From Candidatus Dojkabacteria bacterium (lineage in GTDB: Bacteria; Patescibacteriota; Dojkabacteria; JAFGLO01), in the NCBI GenBank assembly GCA_016927995.1, contig JAFGLO010000015.1, positions 3,847 through 67,846 of the forward strand: a stretch of 64,000 nt of DNA. The letters are read 5' to 3'. Positions 18,790 through 28,893 of this stretch are shown here, piece after piece. The notes under the pieces are model-generated. The model saw only the letters and a program-made list of their open reading frames with translations. It searched no databases and was not told the origin of the DNA. The position numbers were made by a program, and so were the translations under genes. The stretch's first letter is position 1; each line of letters begins with the position of its first letter.

Positions 18790-21693
18790 CTAAAGTTCCA
18801 AGACAACATCAGTATTAAATTCCGCTGAGTTTTTCTTTGTGTCGCCATCTGAAACTATTGTTACCGAATATACTGTATTGTAAATGCCCGGCTGTTTAAC
18901 AAGATAGAGCTTGGGATATGAAGATTGCGCATTGGAAAAATTAACCTTTATCGATCCGGTTGATTGAATACCAACGTCTATGTCCACGTATACGGTTGTT
19001 TCTGTTGCAGAGTTTATCACGTTATATGAAGTCGAGCCCGAAACGTTGGTAACAATTGTGTTTGCGGGAAACTGAATTCTTATGGAGGCTTGATAGTTAC
19101 CTTGCGGGTATATATTCTCAACAGACAGGTTCCGCCACTCTATTTGAGTTTCACCCGTTAAAATTGAGGACCTGGTGTCGAGTTTAACTTCAATACTTCT
19201 TGTTAAGAATGCATTTGCCTTGTTACCGCCATAATTCCATTCCGATGGATAGATGTAAAACCCGTCAGAATAGTTGGATATGGAATTGTTCCACGATAAA
19301 GCTGATAGCTTTTCTGAAATCAATGGATTGTCGACAGAAATTATAATGTTTTTTTCGTTTAGTTGAGTCTTAAAAAAGTCCAATATGGTAACAATACTGA
19401 TTGAATTATTTGTTACAAGTGCGTTATAGGCTTCCGAGGCTATTTCTGACAGAATGTCCGGTTTGGTGTCGGCTCCCGGAGTAAAAGAATTATGGTAATC
19501 GACTACCTGCAAGAGAAGGTTGCTGGAAGTAATTGGCTCGTTGATAGTGTCAATTTCGATTGGCCCGGTGATAGAAAGTAGGTCGGCAAGCAAAAACATG
19601 TTTATTGTTATTACACCATCAATTTTTTGACGTACATTCATTGCTTTCAACATTGTTTCCAGTTCGGCAGACATTTCTTCGTGATCAAGGTTCCAGTTTA
19701 CTTGGCTTGTAAGCCAGGTGGAGTCTTGATAAAGAAAATCCTTGGGGGGTGTAATAAAAAGACCTTCATTTTTTATTATTCCATCGAGATTGTAGATATT
19801 GTCAAACTTTAACACCTTTATTTGACCATGTTCAAATTCCAAAAGTCCGTAACCGGAAATCCAACCGCCCTGTGCCCTTAATTCGTAGGGATTTTCTAGC
19901 AGAATAATATATGTGGTTCGGTTATCAACACCTACAAGATCAGGAATAGAGGAAAGTAGTGAAAAGCTGCTTTCAATGTATTTTTCGTTTGAATCAATTA
20001 AGACTTTAATTTTATCAACCTCTTGCCCTAAAATCTTTGGAAAGACATCAGTGTTAACGGTTTTTATTATATTAGTCCCTTTGTAAAATTCTTCCTGAGA
20101 CCAGACCAGGTATTGTGAATTGTTTTCGATCTCCTTGAGTTCGAGTGAATACTCTTTTGATGTGTTAATCCTCTCATATTCAATTAGTTGGGGAATTTCG
20201 AGTTGCGATAAGTAATTTATTATTGGCGTTGCGCCCTTGTCCCAATATGAAATTCCTGTGGTTATGTGATCAATGCTTAGAAATAGTTTATCGAGTTCGT
20301 TATATGCAGGAGTTATATATGAAATTGATTTGCTCCAGGAGAGTCGCTCCCAGGCGCGTTGAAGACCGGTATTACTGGACTCTATTATCTTGAGCGTTTC
20401 TGCGTTTTGGGTTGTATCACTTCCTAAAAGACTTATTGCATAAGATTTAATGTTTTTTTGATATCTGTAGCCATTATAAAATAGGCTTGTAATCGGGAAA
20501 ACTAGAAAATAGAAGAGTAAAGCTACAACTGCTGATAATATCGTAAATAGTGCAATTTTTGCGGGATTGTTGACAAACATATTCCAGGACTGCTTTGCCG
20601 ACGTAATAAGATTTCTAAGTGGGGATGTGGATCTTTTAAGGGTTTCAAGTAATTTTCCAATGGGCGTAAGCTCCTCGATTTCAGAAGATTGAACCGAAGT
20701 GGGAACAGGTTTGGGAATAGAATCAACCTCTTTGGGGGTTTCCTGGAACCTAGCTATAAGTGGAGGTGCCTTTGCTATTCGTTTTTTCTCGGAAACGGAG
20801 TATAGGTAGTTCACCGTTTTTTCTATTGATTCATCGATATTAAATCGGATGTCGAATATCGTTGTGTTTTCCAGACTAAGGTCGGGTTTAAAAGATTCTT
20901 TCTTTGTTTTTATAAGCTTTGTAAATTCAATGTCCTGAATTACCGGATTGTACTCAATTACTTTATACGCAAAAGAAAGAAGCGAGACTTTCTCCTTTAT
21001 TGACATAAGTACGTTCTTTGAGTCTCCTGAAAAGTTTGACTTAACAAGTCCGTATACGTAGTCGGATGTATAAATACAGGAGTATGACTCAAGTCCATCT
21101 CCGGAAATTGATACTTTTTCTTCAATAATGGAGTCTATTAGCAGGTCTCTGAACGGTGTGGATACCGTAATATTCATGCCGGGACCGATAAGTTCACCGG
21201 TATATATCAACTTAACAAATTTATTTTTCTCGGTGACTTCATTTATTTTTTTTGTAATATTTGTGTAAAGATCCTTTATTGTATATTGACCTTCTGCTTT
21301 GGATTCGGTGGGGTATGTGTTGAGTGGAAATGTTATTGCAACTTTGGTTTTAGTGCTTTTGGCATATTCAAGGGTTGCTTGGAGTGTGTTTAAAATCTCA
21401 AGATATTTCTCGCTTTTAAGTACGCTTTCTCCGTCAATATGTTGGTCCAATAGTACAAATATATAATCGATTTTATTTATTACCGACTCAAGTTTCGAAA
21501 TTGCATCGAGAACTATGAACTTAAAAGACAGGTTGTTTCGGATATCTCTGAAGAGTTTGTGTTTATCTTTGTTGTAGATATCGGCAACAATTACGGACCC
21601 ATTTTCGGAAAGCAGTGTAGTTATAATATCCAAGGAGACAGGATAAGCTCCATAAACGACAAGTGTTGTACGTTTGTTATTCAGTCCTTTCAT
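18790..21693 (-). CDS. Large membrane protein, 967 aa: N-terminal Rossmann-like (NAD(P)-binding, epimerase-like) domain, a single TM, and a large Asn/Ser/Thr-rich extracytoplasmic domain
   Basis: N-terminus TLVVYGAYPVSLDIITTLL..VAITFPLNTY..YTIKDLY resembles a short-chain/epimerase fold. The TM segment is AKIALFTILSAVVALLFYFLVFPI. The remainder has no recognisable motif. Confidence 0.55.
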   Translation of the reverse strand: MKGLNNKRTTLVVYGAYPVSLDIITTLLSENGSVIVADIYNKDKHKLFRDIRNNLSFKFIVLDAISKLESVINKIDYIFVLLDQHIDGESVLKSEKYLEILNTLQATLEYAKSTKTKVAITFPLNTYPTESKAEGQYTIKDLYTNITKKINEVTEKNKFVKLIYTGELIGPGMNITVSTPFRDLLIDSIIEEKVSISGDGLESYSCIYTSDYVYGLVKSNFSGDSKNVLMSIKEKVSLLSFAYKVIEYNPVIQDIEFTKLIKTKKESFKPDLSLENTTIFDIRFNIDESIEKTVNYLYSVSEKKRIAKAPPLIARFQETPKEVDSIPKPVPTSVQSSEIEELTPIGKLLETLKRSTSPLRNLITSAKQSWNMFVNNPAKIALFTILSAVVALLFYFLVFPITSLFYNGYRYQKNIKSYAISLLGSDTTQNAETLKIIESSNTGLQRAWERLSWSKSISYITPAYNELDKLFLSIDHITTGISYWDKGATPIINYLSQLEIPQLIEYERINTSKEYSLELKEIENNSQYLVWSQEEFYKGTNIIKTVNTDVFPKILGQEVDKIKVLIDSNEKYIESSFSLLSSIPDLVGVDNRTTYIILLENPYELRAQGGWISGYGLLEFEHGQIKVLKFDNIYNLDGIIKNEGLFITPPKDFLYQDSTWLTSQVNWNLDHEEMSAELETMLKAMNVRQKIDGVITINMFLLADLLSITGPIEIDTINEPITSSNLLLQVVDYHNSFTPGADTKPDILSEIASEAYNALVTNNSISIVTILDFFKTQLNEKNIIISVDNPLISEKLSALSWNNSISNYSDGFYIYPSEWNYGGNKANAFLTRSIEVKLDTRSSILTGETQIEWRNLSVENIYPQGNYQASIRIQFPANTIVTNVSGSTSYNVINSATETTVYVDIDVGIQSTGSIKVNFSNAQSSYPKLYLVKQPGIYNTVYSVTIVSDGDTKKNSAEFNTDVVLEL

Positions 21694-22378
21694 ATTTTAC
21701 TGGAATTTTCATTAATTGAACGGTTATTGTTATCTTACGTTTGTCTTTCATTACTATCTGTACACTGGTATCTTCGTAGCCATTGGATCTAAAAGTAAGT
21801 GTGTGTCCTCCTGCACTAAGCTCCCCTGTGAAGATTGGTGTCTCGCCAAGTGTAATTCCGTCTATTATTGTAAGTGTATTTGACGAATTGGAAAACACAA
21901 AAAGACTAAGATTGGAGTAGGGTTCCTCGAGATATTTTAAGACTTCAGTGACTTCTTCCGTTGGTCCCAGCTTTATATTTACTGTAAGCGCCGACTTGTT
22001 GGGCATATCAATGGTTTCGTTGTGTATTGCATAAAACTCGGAATATTCACCTGTCTTTTTAATTTGGATTTTGTGTGTTCCGCAGACGACTTTGTATGTT
22101 GCAAGTGGGGTTGTTCCAATTTCTTCGTCGTCAAGAAGAACAAGCCCGATTCCGTTTGAGATATTTACCGAAATACTACAGTTCTTTTGCTCACTAACAT
22201 AGGGGATAAGCCCAATAATTGATCTAAAGTCTATTTTGTATGCAATAAAGGTTATCAAGATTACGGCAATTACCAGAATTAGCGGAGCAATAAATTTTAT
22301 GGATGAATACTTTTTGTTGCCCGGTCCGCGATCGATCTCTTTTACTTTTCTTTTGTAAAGCTGTTTAAGGTTACTCAT
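21677..22378 (-). CDS. PEGA-domain membrane protein (start at internal ATG giving MSNLKQLYKRK.., preferred over the ORF-track start at 22498)
   Basis: N-terminal TM (FIAPLILVIAVILITFIAY) followed by two beta-sandwich PEGA-like repeats (..TYKVVCGTHKIQIKKTGEYSEFYAIHNE..VNIKL; ..GGHTLTFRSNGYEDTSVQIVM..ITVQL). Confidence 0.5.
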   Translation of the reverse strand: MSNLKQLYKRKVKEIDRGPGNKKYSSIKFIAPLILVIAVILITFIAYKIDFRSIIGLIPYVSEQKNCSISVNISNGIGLVLLDDEEIGTTPLATYKVVCGTHKIQIKKTGEYSEFYAIHNETIDMPNKSALTVNIKLGPTEEVTEVLKYLEEPYSNLSLFVFSNSSNTLTIIDGITLGETPIFTGELSAGGHTLTFRSNGYEDTSVQIVMKDKRKITITVQLMKIPVKYERTE

Positions 22379-22518
22379 GGCAGTAGTGGTATATAAGTAT
22401 TTTATTATACAGCAAAAGATTCTTCTTATGTAGATATGGGTATAGACTTTCCTTGCATAAGAATACGAACATAATGGCGATTTGATATAATATCTCATTA
22501 TACTTATATCTTATTGGC

Positions 22519-24297
22519 ATGGATATCTCTAAAATACGCAATTTTTGCATAATAGCACATATTGATCACGGAAAATCCACACTGGCAGACAGGTTTTTGG
22601 AATTTGCCAGCGGTAAAAAACTTAAAATGGGACAGGAGCGGGTTTTAGATACTTTGGATATTGAACAAGAACGTGGAATTACAATTAAAATGCAGAGTGC
22701 AAGGCTTAACTGGGATGGATACATTCTAAATCTTATTGATACTCCGGGGCATGTTGACTTTAGTTTTGAAGTAAGTCGTTCTGTTGTGGCAAGTGAAGGT
22801 GCATTACTTTTGGTCGATGCAAAGCAGGGAATTCAGGCTCAAACCATTACAAATGCTAAGCTTGCACAAAAATATGGACTTGAAATTATTCCTGTAATTA
22901 GCAAGATCGATATAGAGGGAGTTGATATAGAGCGTCGTAAAAAAGAGATGCAGGCAATGTTAGGATTTAAATTGGGTGATATTTTTCTTGCCTCGGGCAA
23001 AACCGGTCAAGGTGCAAAAGAGTTGCTCGATGCGATAACAACATTTGTACCATCGCCGGAAGCCAGATCCACAAAGGAGCTCCAGGCCCTTGTGTTTGAC
23101 TCGTTTTATGATGAACACAAAGGGATTATACTTTTGCTTCGTGTGTTTGGAGGTAGTATAACAAAGGGACAGAAACTATTTGTTTCCGGCAGACCGTTTG
23201 TCGCAGGTGAAGTTGGTTATATAACTCCGGCGTTTATTCCTCAGCAAGTGCTTGGTGCCGGAGAAGTAGGGTATGTTGAAACCGGTGTAAAAGACGTACA
23301 TTACATATCTGTCGGAGAAACGGTTACGGAATCGCCTGATACCAAGCCAATTTACAGTTACCAGAAGCCTGTGCCGCGTATTTTTGCTTCTGTTTTTCCA
23401 ATCGAAAGTTCAGAATATGTTCAACTTGAAAAGTCTATAGACAAGTTAACGCTTAGCGATCCATCACTAAGTATTGTTCCGCAGCGATCCGAATTTTTAG
23501 GAACTGGGTTTAGAATAGGTTTTTTGGGGCTTTTACATATGGATGTTTTCCAGGAACGGCTGGAACGTGAGTTTAATTCAGCACTTATTGTTACTAGTCC
23601 GAGCGTAAAATACAAAGCTTATACAAATACGGGAGAGGTATTTAATATTGAGACGCCATCGGATTTTCCTGACCCTGCTAACATTAAGTATTTTGAAGAG
23701 CCCTTTGTTGATATGGAGATTTTAACTCCGGTTGAATACATGAGTGCAATTATGGATCTTTGCCAAAACTGTCGAGCCGAATACATCGAAACCCAGATGG
23801 GCGAAAATTTGTATGAACTTGATTTTATTGAGCTAACGTATAAGATGCCATTAGCCGAAGTAGTATCGGGTTTCTTTGATAAGCTTAAGTCGGTCTCCCG
23901 TGGATTTGCCTCAATGGATTATTCAGGAGAATTTTATCGAAAGGTACAGCTTTCTAAAGTAAGTATACTGGTGAAGCAAAACGAAGTACACGCACTTTCG
24001 TTTATAAGTGTTTCGGACAGGGCTCGGACAAAAGCGGTATCATTACTCTCGATTCTTAAGGATACCATTCCGCGTCACCAGTTTGAGATACCTTTACAGG
24101 CTGCCATAGGTGGAACAATAATTGCGAGAGAAACAGTTCAAGCCTTCAGGAAAGATGTGCTCCACAAATTGCATGCATCTGATCCGGGTAGGCGGATGAA
24201 ACTTCTCGAAAATCAAAAGAAAGGTAAAGCCCGAATGAAGGAAGTCGGCAATGTAAATATTCCTCAGGAAGCATTTCTAGCCGTTCTAAAATCATGA
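22519..24297 (+). CDS. lepA: Elongation factor 4 (LepA)
   Basis: MDISKIRNFCIIAHIDHGKSTLADRFLE.. plus the full GTPase and C-terminal LepA domains; 592 aa. Confidence 0.95.
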   Translation: MDISKIRNFCIIAHIDHGKSTLADRFLEFASGKKLKMGQERVLDTLDIEQERGITIKMQSARLNWDGYILNLIDTPGHVDFSFEVSRSVVASEGALLLVDAKQGIQAQTITNAKLAQKYGLEIIPVISKIDIEGVDIERRKKEMQAMLGFKLGDIFLASGKTGQGAKELLDAITTFVPSPEARSTKELQALVFDSFYDEHKGIILLLRVFGGSITKGQKLFVSGRPFVAGEVGYITPAFIPQQVLGAGEVGYVETGVKDVHYISVGETVTESPDTKPIYSYQKPVPRIFASVFPIESSEYVQLEKSIDKLTLSDPSLSIVPQRSEFLGTGFRIGFLGLLHMDVFQERLEREFNSALIVTSPSVKYKAYTNTGEVFNIETPSDFPDPANIKYFEEPFVDMEILTPVEYMSAIMDLCQNCRAEYIETQMGENLYELDFIELTYKMPLAEVVSGFFDKLKSVSRGFASMDYSGEFYRKVQLSKVSILVKQNEVHALSFISVSDRARTKAVSLLSILKDTIPRHQFEIPLQAAIGGTIIARETVQAFRKDVLHKLHASDPGRRMKLLENQKKGKARMKEVGNVNIPQEAFLAVLKS

Positions 24298-25343
24298 AAT
24301 TAAAAAGGCTTAAGCTCATACAATTTGGCAAGTTTCAAAAGAAAATCTTAGAATTTAATGACATAACTATTATCGTTGGACCTAATGCTAGCGGCAAAAC
24401 GACAATACTTGATGGTGTATCATTTTTGTCAGATGTTACCGAGAAAAAACTTGATCTTTACAAGCGGATTGAAACCTTGGAAATAACATCGGTTTCAGGT
24501 GATGTTGTTTTTAATAAGGAGCCGGTTTCGTTTGCAATAAAAGCTGCGATTTCTGAAAGAGGTAACGGGCTTTCGAAGGTTTACTTTTTGAATAAAATTA
24601 AAACACCTAAAGTCCAAATAAACCCCTTTCCGGCAGCGGTTAAGTTTAATCCGGAGATTGTCTCTTTGTTTCATGTGGATCCTTCCGTAAGAAGACAGTT
24701 TGTGCTTGGGTATCTTAAAACCCTTGATCCGGATTTTGTACACGAATGGTCGAGATATAAAGCAATTGTTCGAAATAGAAATCTACTTATAAAACGGCTT
24801 TCGGAAGGTTTAGACGTTAAAACACAGATAGATTTTTGGTCAGAAAAAATTGTTCCGGCAGGGATAACGCTTATTGAAAAAATCGGTTACTGGACATCCG
24901 AAATTAAGAATAAACTTAAAGAATCGAAGATTAGTCTTGAGCTTGATTTGAGTATCTGCTCTATTGATGAATTTAAAAATCATATAGAAAACAACTTTAA
25001 TATGGACAAGGAGCGTGGCTATACCTTAGTTTCTCCGCACACGTTTGATTTCGACATAAAGTTTAACGGACTTTCCGTGCAAGAGTATGGTTCACGAGGT
25101 CAAACAAAGCTTGCCATAGTTCATGTTATAAAGGCATTATGTGAGCTTTACCACGAAATCTTTGATGACTATCCCATTTTGCTTCTCGATGACATTGAGT
25201 CGGAGCTTGATGACAAGAGTCTTGCAATTATAAACGAACTGCTTTCAGAGAAGGAACAGCAAAAAATAATTACAATGCTTGCAGGTAGGTCCAGTCAGCT
25301 TTTTGCCGATAAAGATATTTTAAAAATAAATATTAATGAATAA
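24294..25343 (+). CDS. recF: DNA replication and repair protein RecF
   Basis: N-terminal Walker A (IIVGPNASGKTTILDGVSFL), an SRGQ signature (GSRGQTKLAIVHVIKAL) and Walker B (ILLLDDIESELDDKSL) align with RecF. It overlaps lepA by 4 nt. Confidence 0.75.
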   Translation: MKLKRLKLIQFGKFQKKILEFNDITIIVGPNASGKTTILDGVSFLSDVTEKKLDLYKRIETLEITSVSGDVVFNKEPVSFAIKAAISERGNGLSKVYFLNKIKTPKVQINPFPAAVKFNPEIVSLFHVDPSVRRQFVLGYLKTLDPDFVHEWSRYKAIVRNRNLLIKRLSEGLDVKTQIDFWSEKIVPAGITLIEKIGYWTSEIKNKLKESKISLELDLSICSIDEFKNHIENNFNMDKERGYTLVSPHTFDFDIKFNGLSVQEYGSRGQTKLAIVHVIKALCELYHEIFDDYPILLLDDIESELDDKSLAIINELLSEKEQQKIITMLAGRSSQLFADKDILKININE

Positions 25344-26103
25344 GGTGATCTTTATTTACGGACCAAGCCTTACCGGTAAAACTACACTTGCCGTGAAAAT
25401 CGCAAAGTATCTCTTTGGGAAATATGATATAGATTCGACACTTGTTTCGGCCGACTCTCGAAAAGTGTATAAAAACATGAATGTTGTGCAGTCATACATT
25501 TTCCCGTCGGTCAAAGAAAAAATAGATGTACATTTGGTTGAATTTTGTGACCTTTCAGAGGAGTTTACGCTTGACATGTTTCTTGTGTCCGCCCGAGAGA
25601 TAATTAAAAGTGCGCATGCTTCAGGTAAATTGCCAATTGTTTTTGGTGGAAACGGTATATACATTAAGGCACTTATTGAGGGGTGGGTTACATCCGAAAC
25701 GTTAAGTGAACGAACAAAGCAAACTCCGGAGTTTGAATCGATACTATTTTCTCCCGTGTTTCAAAAGGAATCTTTACTAAAGCGAATGGATGGTTGGGCT
25801 AAGCACCTCGTAAAAAACGGATTGATAGAAGAGTACGAAAAGTTAATCAAAACCTGTGCTAGAAATGGATTTTGCGCCTTACGAACAACATTGGGATATA
25901 AGCAGGTAGATGAGGTTAAAAATCGATTTAGAACAATTGACAAGGTTAAATTTGTAAAATATCTAGCTAAAGAGCTTAGGCTTTTCGTGAAGAAGCAGAT
26001 TAAGTTTTATGCAAACTTGCCTGACTTCGCGGAAATCACCCTGGATAATTATAAGGACGTCATAGATCTTCTTTTCCAGTCGAAACGAACGAAAGTACCT
26101 TAA
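25336..26103 (+). CDS. miaA: tRNA dimethylallyltransferase (MiaA-like)
   Basis: IFIYGPSLTGKTTLAVKIAK..LVSADSRKVYKNMNV..GKLPIVFGGNGIYIKALIEGW..LGYKQ aligns with the MiaA P-loop and DMAPP-binding regions. Confidence 0.7.
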   Translation: MNKVIFIYGPSLTGKTTLAVKIAKYLFGKYDIDSTLVSADSRKVYKNMNVVQSYIFPSVKEKIDVHLVEFCDLSEEFTLDMFLVSAREIIKSAHASGKLPIVFGGNGIYIKALIEGWVTSETLSERTKQTPEFESILFSPVFQKESLLKRMDGWAKHLVKNGLIEEYEKLIKTCARNGFCALRTTLGYKQVDEVKNRFRTIDKVKFVKYLAKELRLFVKKQIKFYANLPDFAEITLDNYKDVIDLLFQSKRTKVP

Positions 26104-26896
26104 GACGGGTGTTTCGTGGGTATGTTTCAATAACGTGGTTATTATAAAAATATAGACTTTTGTGATGTTTTGCGAAGCTTTTTTGCTGAATATATTTCGC
26201 AATGGGTTCAAGGACCCATATTGCAGGAAGCAAAGGAAGTGTAAAAAGGTTTCTGAAAAGTTCCCCTAAAGAAGTTTTTCTGGAGCTGTTGCCTATTGTC
26301 AATTTGCCGTAAATAAAGTCTTCAAGCCAACTGTTCGAAGAAATCAGGTCTTGATAAGTATTCTTTCCGTAAAGTGGTGTAATTGACAAAAGCTGAAATG
26401 CTGAAAATATGTCTTTGTTTCTTAGTACTAGGTTGTTATCAGCCAAATAGGTATTTATACAAAGCAGGTTGTTTTCCTTTCCCTTGGGTGTTGTTGAGAC
26501 ACGTCTTACTCTTAAGAATCGATAGATTAGGTGATCCAATATCCGTGTCAGCCAGAGTGCTTTTGGATCTGTAATAATAATTACGTCGATGTCATCATCC
26601 GGAGCAGGTGTTTTTGCGGCAACCGACCCCGAAAGTGCAATCATTTTTACAAAAGGAAATAGCCAGAGTAAAAACAGGAGTCGTTTTGCAATTTTAACTT
26701 TTGTTTTTGTAAGTTCAGGTAAATTCGACGGCAGGGTAGTTTCATTTAAAACTATATACCCATTAATAAGTTTATGAGTTTTAGGAATGGCGGATTTGGG
26801 GGCATTAATTAGTTTTACAAACGAGTAGGATAATGGTTTTTTGAAGTACTCGGAGATTCTAAGGTAACGGGTAAGTAAGTTTTTGTGTATGCTCAT
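26060..26896 (-). CDS. Nucleotidyltransferase-fold protein (hypothetical)
   Basis: ..IALSGSVAAKTPAPDDDIDVIIITDP.. is a Pol-beta-type NTase signature (GS..D.D). The start was chosen at MSIHKNLL (26896) rather than the ORF-track 26980. Confidence 0.45.
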   Translation of the reverse strand: MSIHKNLLTRYLRISEYFKKPLSYSFVKLINAPKSAIPKTHKLINGYIVLNETTLPSNLPELTKTKVKIAKRLLFLLWLFPFVKMIALSGSVAAKTPAPDDDIDVIIITDPKALWLTRILDHLIYRFLRVRRVSTTPKGKENNLLCINTYLADNNLVLRNKDIFSAFQLLSITPLYGKNTYQDLISSNSWLEDFIYGKLTIGNSSRKTSLGELFRNLFTLPLLPAIWVLEPIAKYIQQKSFAKHHKSLYFYNNHVIETYPRNTRLKVLSFVSTGKEDL

Positions 26897-26950
26897 TTTC
26901 TTTGAAAGTCCTCTATGATATACTGAAATCATAACATAAATAAGGCGTAA

Positions 26951-27775
26951 GTGGCACAAAAACAACACGTTATCCCTCATAACATAGTGGATGTAGATTT
27001 TAAGCTGTTTGGGGTAATGAACCTTAAACAGTTTATATATGTTGCAATTGGCGGTGTTTTAACATATATAACATTTTTGATGGTAAAAGAAGGCTCGATT
27101 CCTGCAATAATTGGCTGGCCTGCCATGGTAGTATTTGTTGTGTTTGGGCTTTCATTTGGGTTACTTCCGGTTAGGGGTAGGTCACTTGATCAGTGGGTCT
27201 TAAGCTATATTGCAGCTGTTCGTAGTCCTACTAAACGTGCCTGGATGAAAAAAGGTATAACACCTGCCGCAATTCCTTCGACAATTCCTATTGAGCAGTT
27301 AAAACCTATGCAGGTAAAACTTGGTACCCAGTCGACTGTTGGTCAAATAATCGGCGGACTGCACATCCCAACTCCTGAGGTTGACGTAAAACAGGTAAGC
27401 TTGCTTAAAGAGCCTGATTCAACCCAGTCCGTATCAATTAAAGAAGGTAGGCAGACATTGCTTTCACCAATGCATGGAACTTCCGGCACAGAAGCACAAC
27501 CCGCACAGCCGATTGTGGAACCTGGTGCAGCTCAACGTTCCGCACCAACAATAATGCAGCCCCAAGAAGAATATCAGCAAGCAAGATATGAAATGATGAG
27601 TTCGTTGCCAGCCGAACAGATACAACCTCAAAAAGTGCAGCCCCAGCAAATTCAACCGACTCAGATACAGCAACCCGGACAGATACCACTTGAGCAGATA
27701 CCCACGGATCAATCACAGCAACCTAAGCAAGGAGAATTAACTCAACAACCATATTCAACGGTAAATCCAACTTAA
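26951..27775 (+). CDS. PrgI/VirB3-like two-TM membrane protein with a Q/P-rich C-terminal tail (T4SS-associated, hypothetical)
   Basis: GTG start. It has two adjacent TM helices (FIYVAIGGVLTYITFLMV; IIGWPAMVVFVVFGLSFGLL) and then a low-complexity QPQ-rich tail. It sits upstream of the VirB4 genes, as PrgI-like genes do in Gram-positive T4SS loci. Confidence 0.4.
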   Translation: MAQKQHVIPHNIVDVDFKLFGVMNLKQFIYVAIGGVLTYITFLMVKEGSIPAIIGWPAMVVFVVFGLSFGLLPVRGRSLDQWVLSYIAAVRSPTKRAWMKKGITPAAIPSTIPIEQLKPMQVKLGTQSTVGQIIGGLHIPTPEVDVKQVSLLKEPDSTQSVSIKEGRQTLLSPMHGTSGTEAQPAQPIVEPGAAQRSAPTIMQPQEEYQQARYEMMSSLPAEQIQPQKVQPQQIQPTQIQQPGQIPLEQIPTDQSQQPKQGELTQQPYSTVNPT

Positions 27776-27790
27776 TTATTTTAAACTGCC

Positions 27791-28267
27791 ATGACGGAAG
27801 TGGAACTGCAGCAACTAACTGCGCAGAACCAAAACTTAATAGACGAAAATGCAAGGCTTAGAAAAACCATAGATGAGCTTAATCTTAAAGTCCAGGAATT
27901 AAGTTCTAAGCTTGGTGTTGGGAAAGAACAACCTGTCCAGTCCGACAGAATCACTATAAATCCACAAACAGTAAAGGATTATAGGATTGATATTATGGGA
28001 GTTGTTCCTCGTGAAAATACTGTAAATTTTGTTGTTAAGGACAGGGAAGGGCTTTTAGTTCCAGACGTTGTATGTATAATAAAAGACTCTTCGGGGCGAC
28101 CAACAAGGGCCGCCAAAAGTAACCAATTGGGGCAAGTTTTATTTACAAGCCCAATGCCAACCGGAAATTATACACTTGAGCTTACCAAGTCGGGATATGC
28201 ATTTCCCTTGTGTGAACTCGAATTAAATGGTAGAGTGCTTGGTTCATTTGAGATTAGGGCTATATAA
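27791..28267 (+). CDS. Coiled-coil / beta-sandwich (CarboxypepD_reg-like) hypothetical protein
   Basis: N-terminal heptad-like region (ELQQLTAQNQNLIDENARLRKTIDELNLKVQEL), followed by ..TGNYTLELTKSGYAFPL.. Confidence 0.45.
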   Translation: MTEVELQQLTAQNQNLIDENARLRKTIDELNLKVQELSSKLGVGKEQPVQSDRITINPQTVKDYRIDIMGVVPRENTVNFVVKDREGLLVPDVVCIIKDSSGRPTRAAKSNQLGQVLFTSPMPTGNYTLELTKSGYAFPLCELELNGRVLGSFEIRAI

Positions 28268-28891
28268 ATGGCACAATCTGTAAATCCAAATAAACAACCG
28301 ATTTTCGATTCAACGCAGGATCATCTTGATATCGTTGAAGTGATAGACGATATGTTACTGCTTCGAGGAAATAAAGTTGCGGTTGTGATTCAAACAACGG
28401 CAGTAAACTTTGATCTTTTGTCAGACGAAGAGCAAGATTCCAGAATTATGGCTTTTGCAAGCCTCTTAAACTCGGTAACATATCCGTTGCAAATTGTTGT
28501 GAGGACAAAGAAGGTTGATATATCAAACTATCTTACTTACCTTAGAAACTACTTGACCCAACCAATGTCGGAAGGTCGAAGAACCCAAATGCAAATATAT
28601 TTAAACTTTATCCAAAACCTAATAGTAAAAAACGAAATCTTAGACAAGCAGTTTTATGTTGTTGTATCATATTCAACCGTGCAGCTTGGAAACGTTAATC
28701 CATTAAAGCTTCTAAAACGAGATAAACAACCCGCACCGACAATTGCAAACGATCTTTTAATAGAGCAGGCCAAAGCGAATTTATATCCTAAGCGAGATCA
28801 TATAATTCGCCAACTTATTAATATGGGAGTTAAGGGATATCAACTAACGGGTGATCAACTAAAGGACGTTTTTTATAATATCTATAATTAA
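28268..28891 (+). CDS. VirB4/TrsE/TcpF-type conjugative ATPase, N-terminal fragment (split gene)
   Basis: ..DIVEVIDDMLLLRGNKVAVVIQTTAVNFDLLSDEEQDSRIMAFASLLNSVTYPLQIVVRTKKV.. matches the N-terminal region of Gram-positive VirB4-like ATPases (I..I.D....G..Y......IN(F/Y)..LSDEE.......S.LLNS). It ends 2 nt before the next ORF, in a different frame. Confidence 0.55.
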   Translation: MAQSVNPNKQPIFDSTQDHLDIVEVIDDMLLLRGNKVAVVIQTTAVNFDLLSDEEQDSRIMAFASLLNSVTYPLQIVVRTKKVDISNYLTYLRNYLTQPMSEGRRTQMQIYLNFIQNLIVKNEILDKQFYVVVSYSTVQLGNVNPLKLLKRDKQPAPTIANDLLIEQAKANLYPKRDHIIRQLINMGVKGYQLTGDQLKDVFYNIYN

Positions 28892-28893
28892 AA

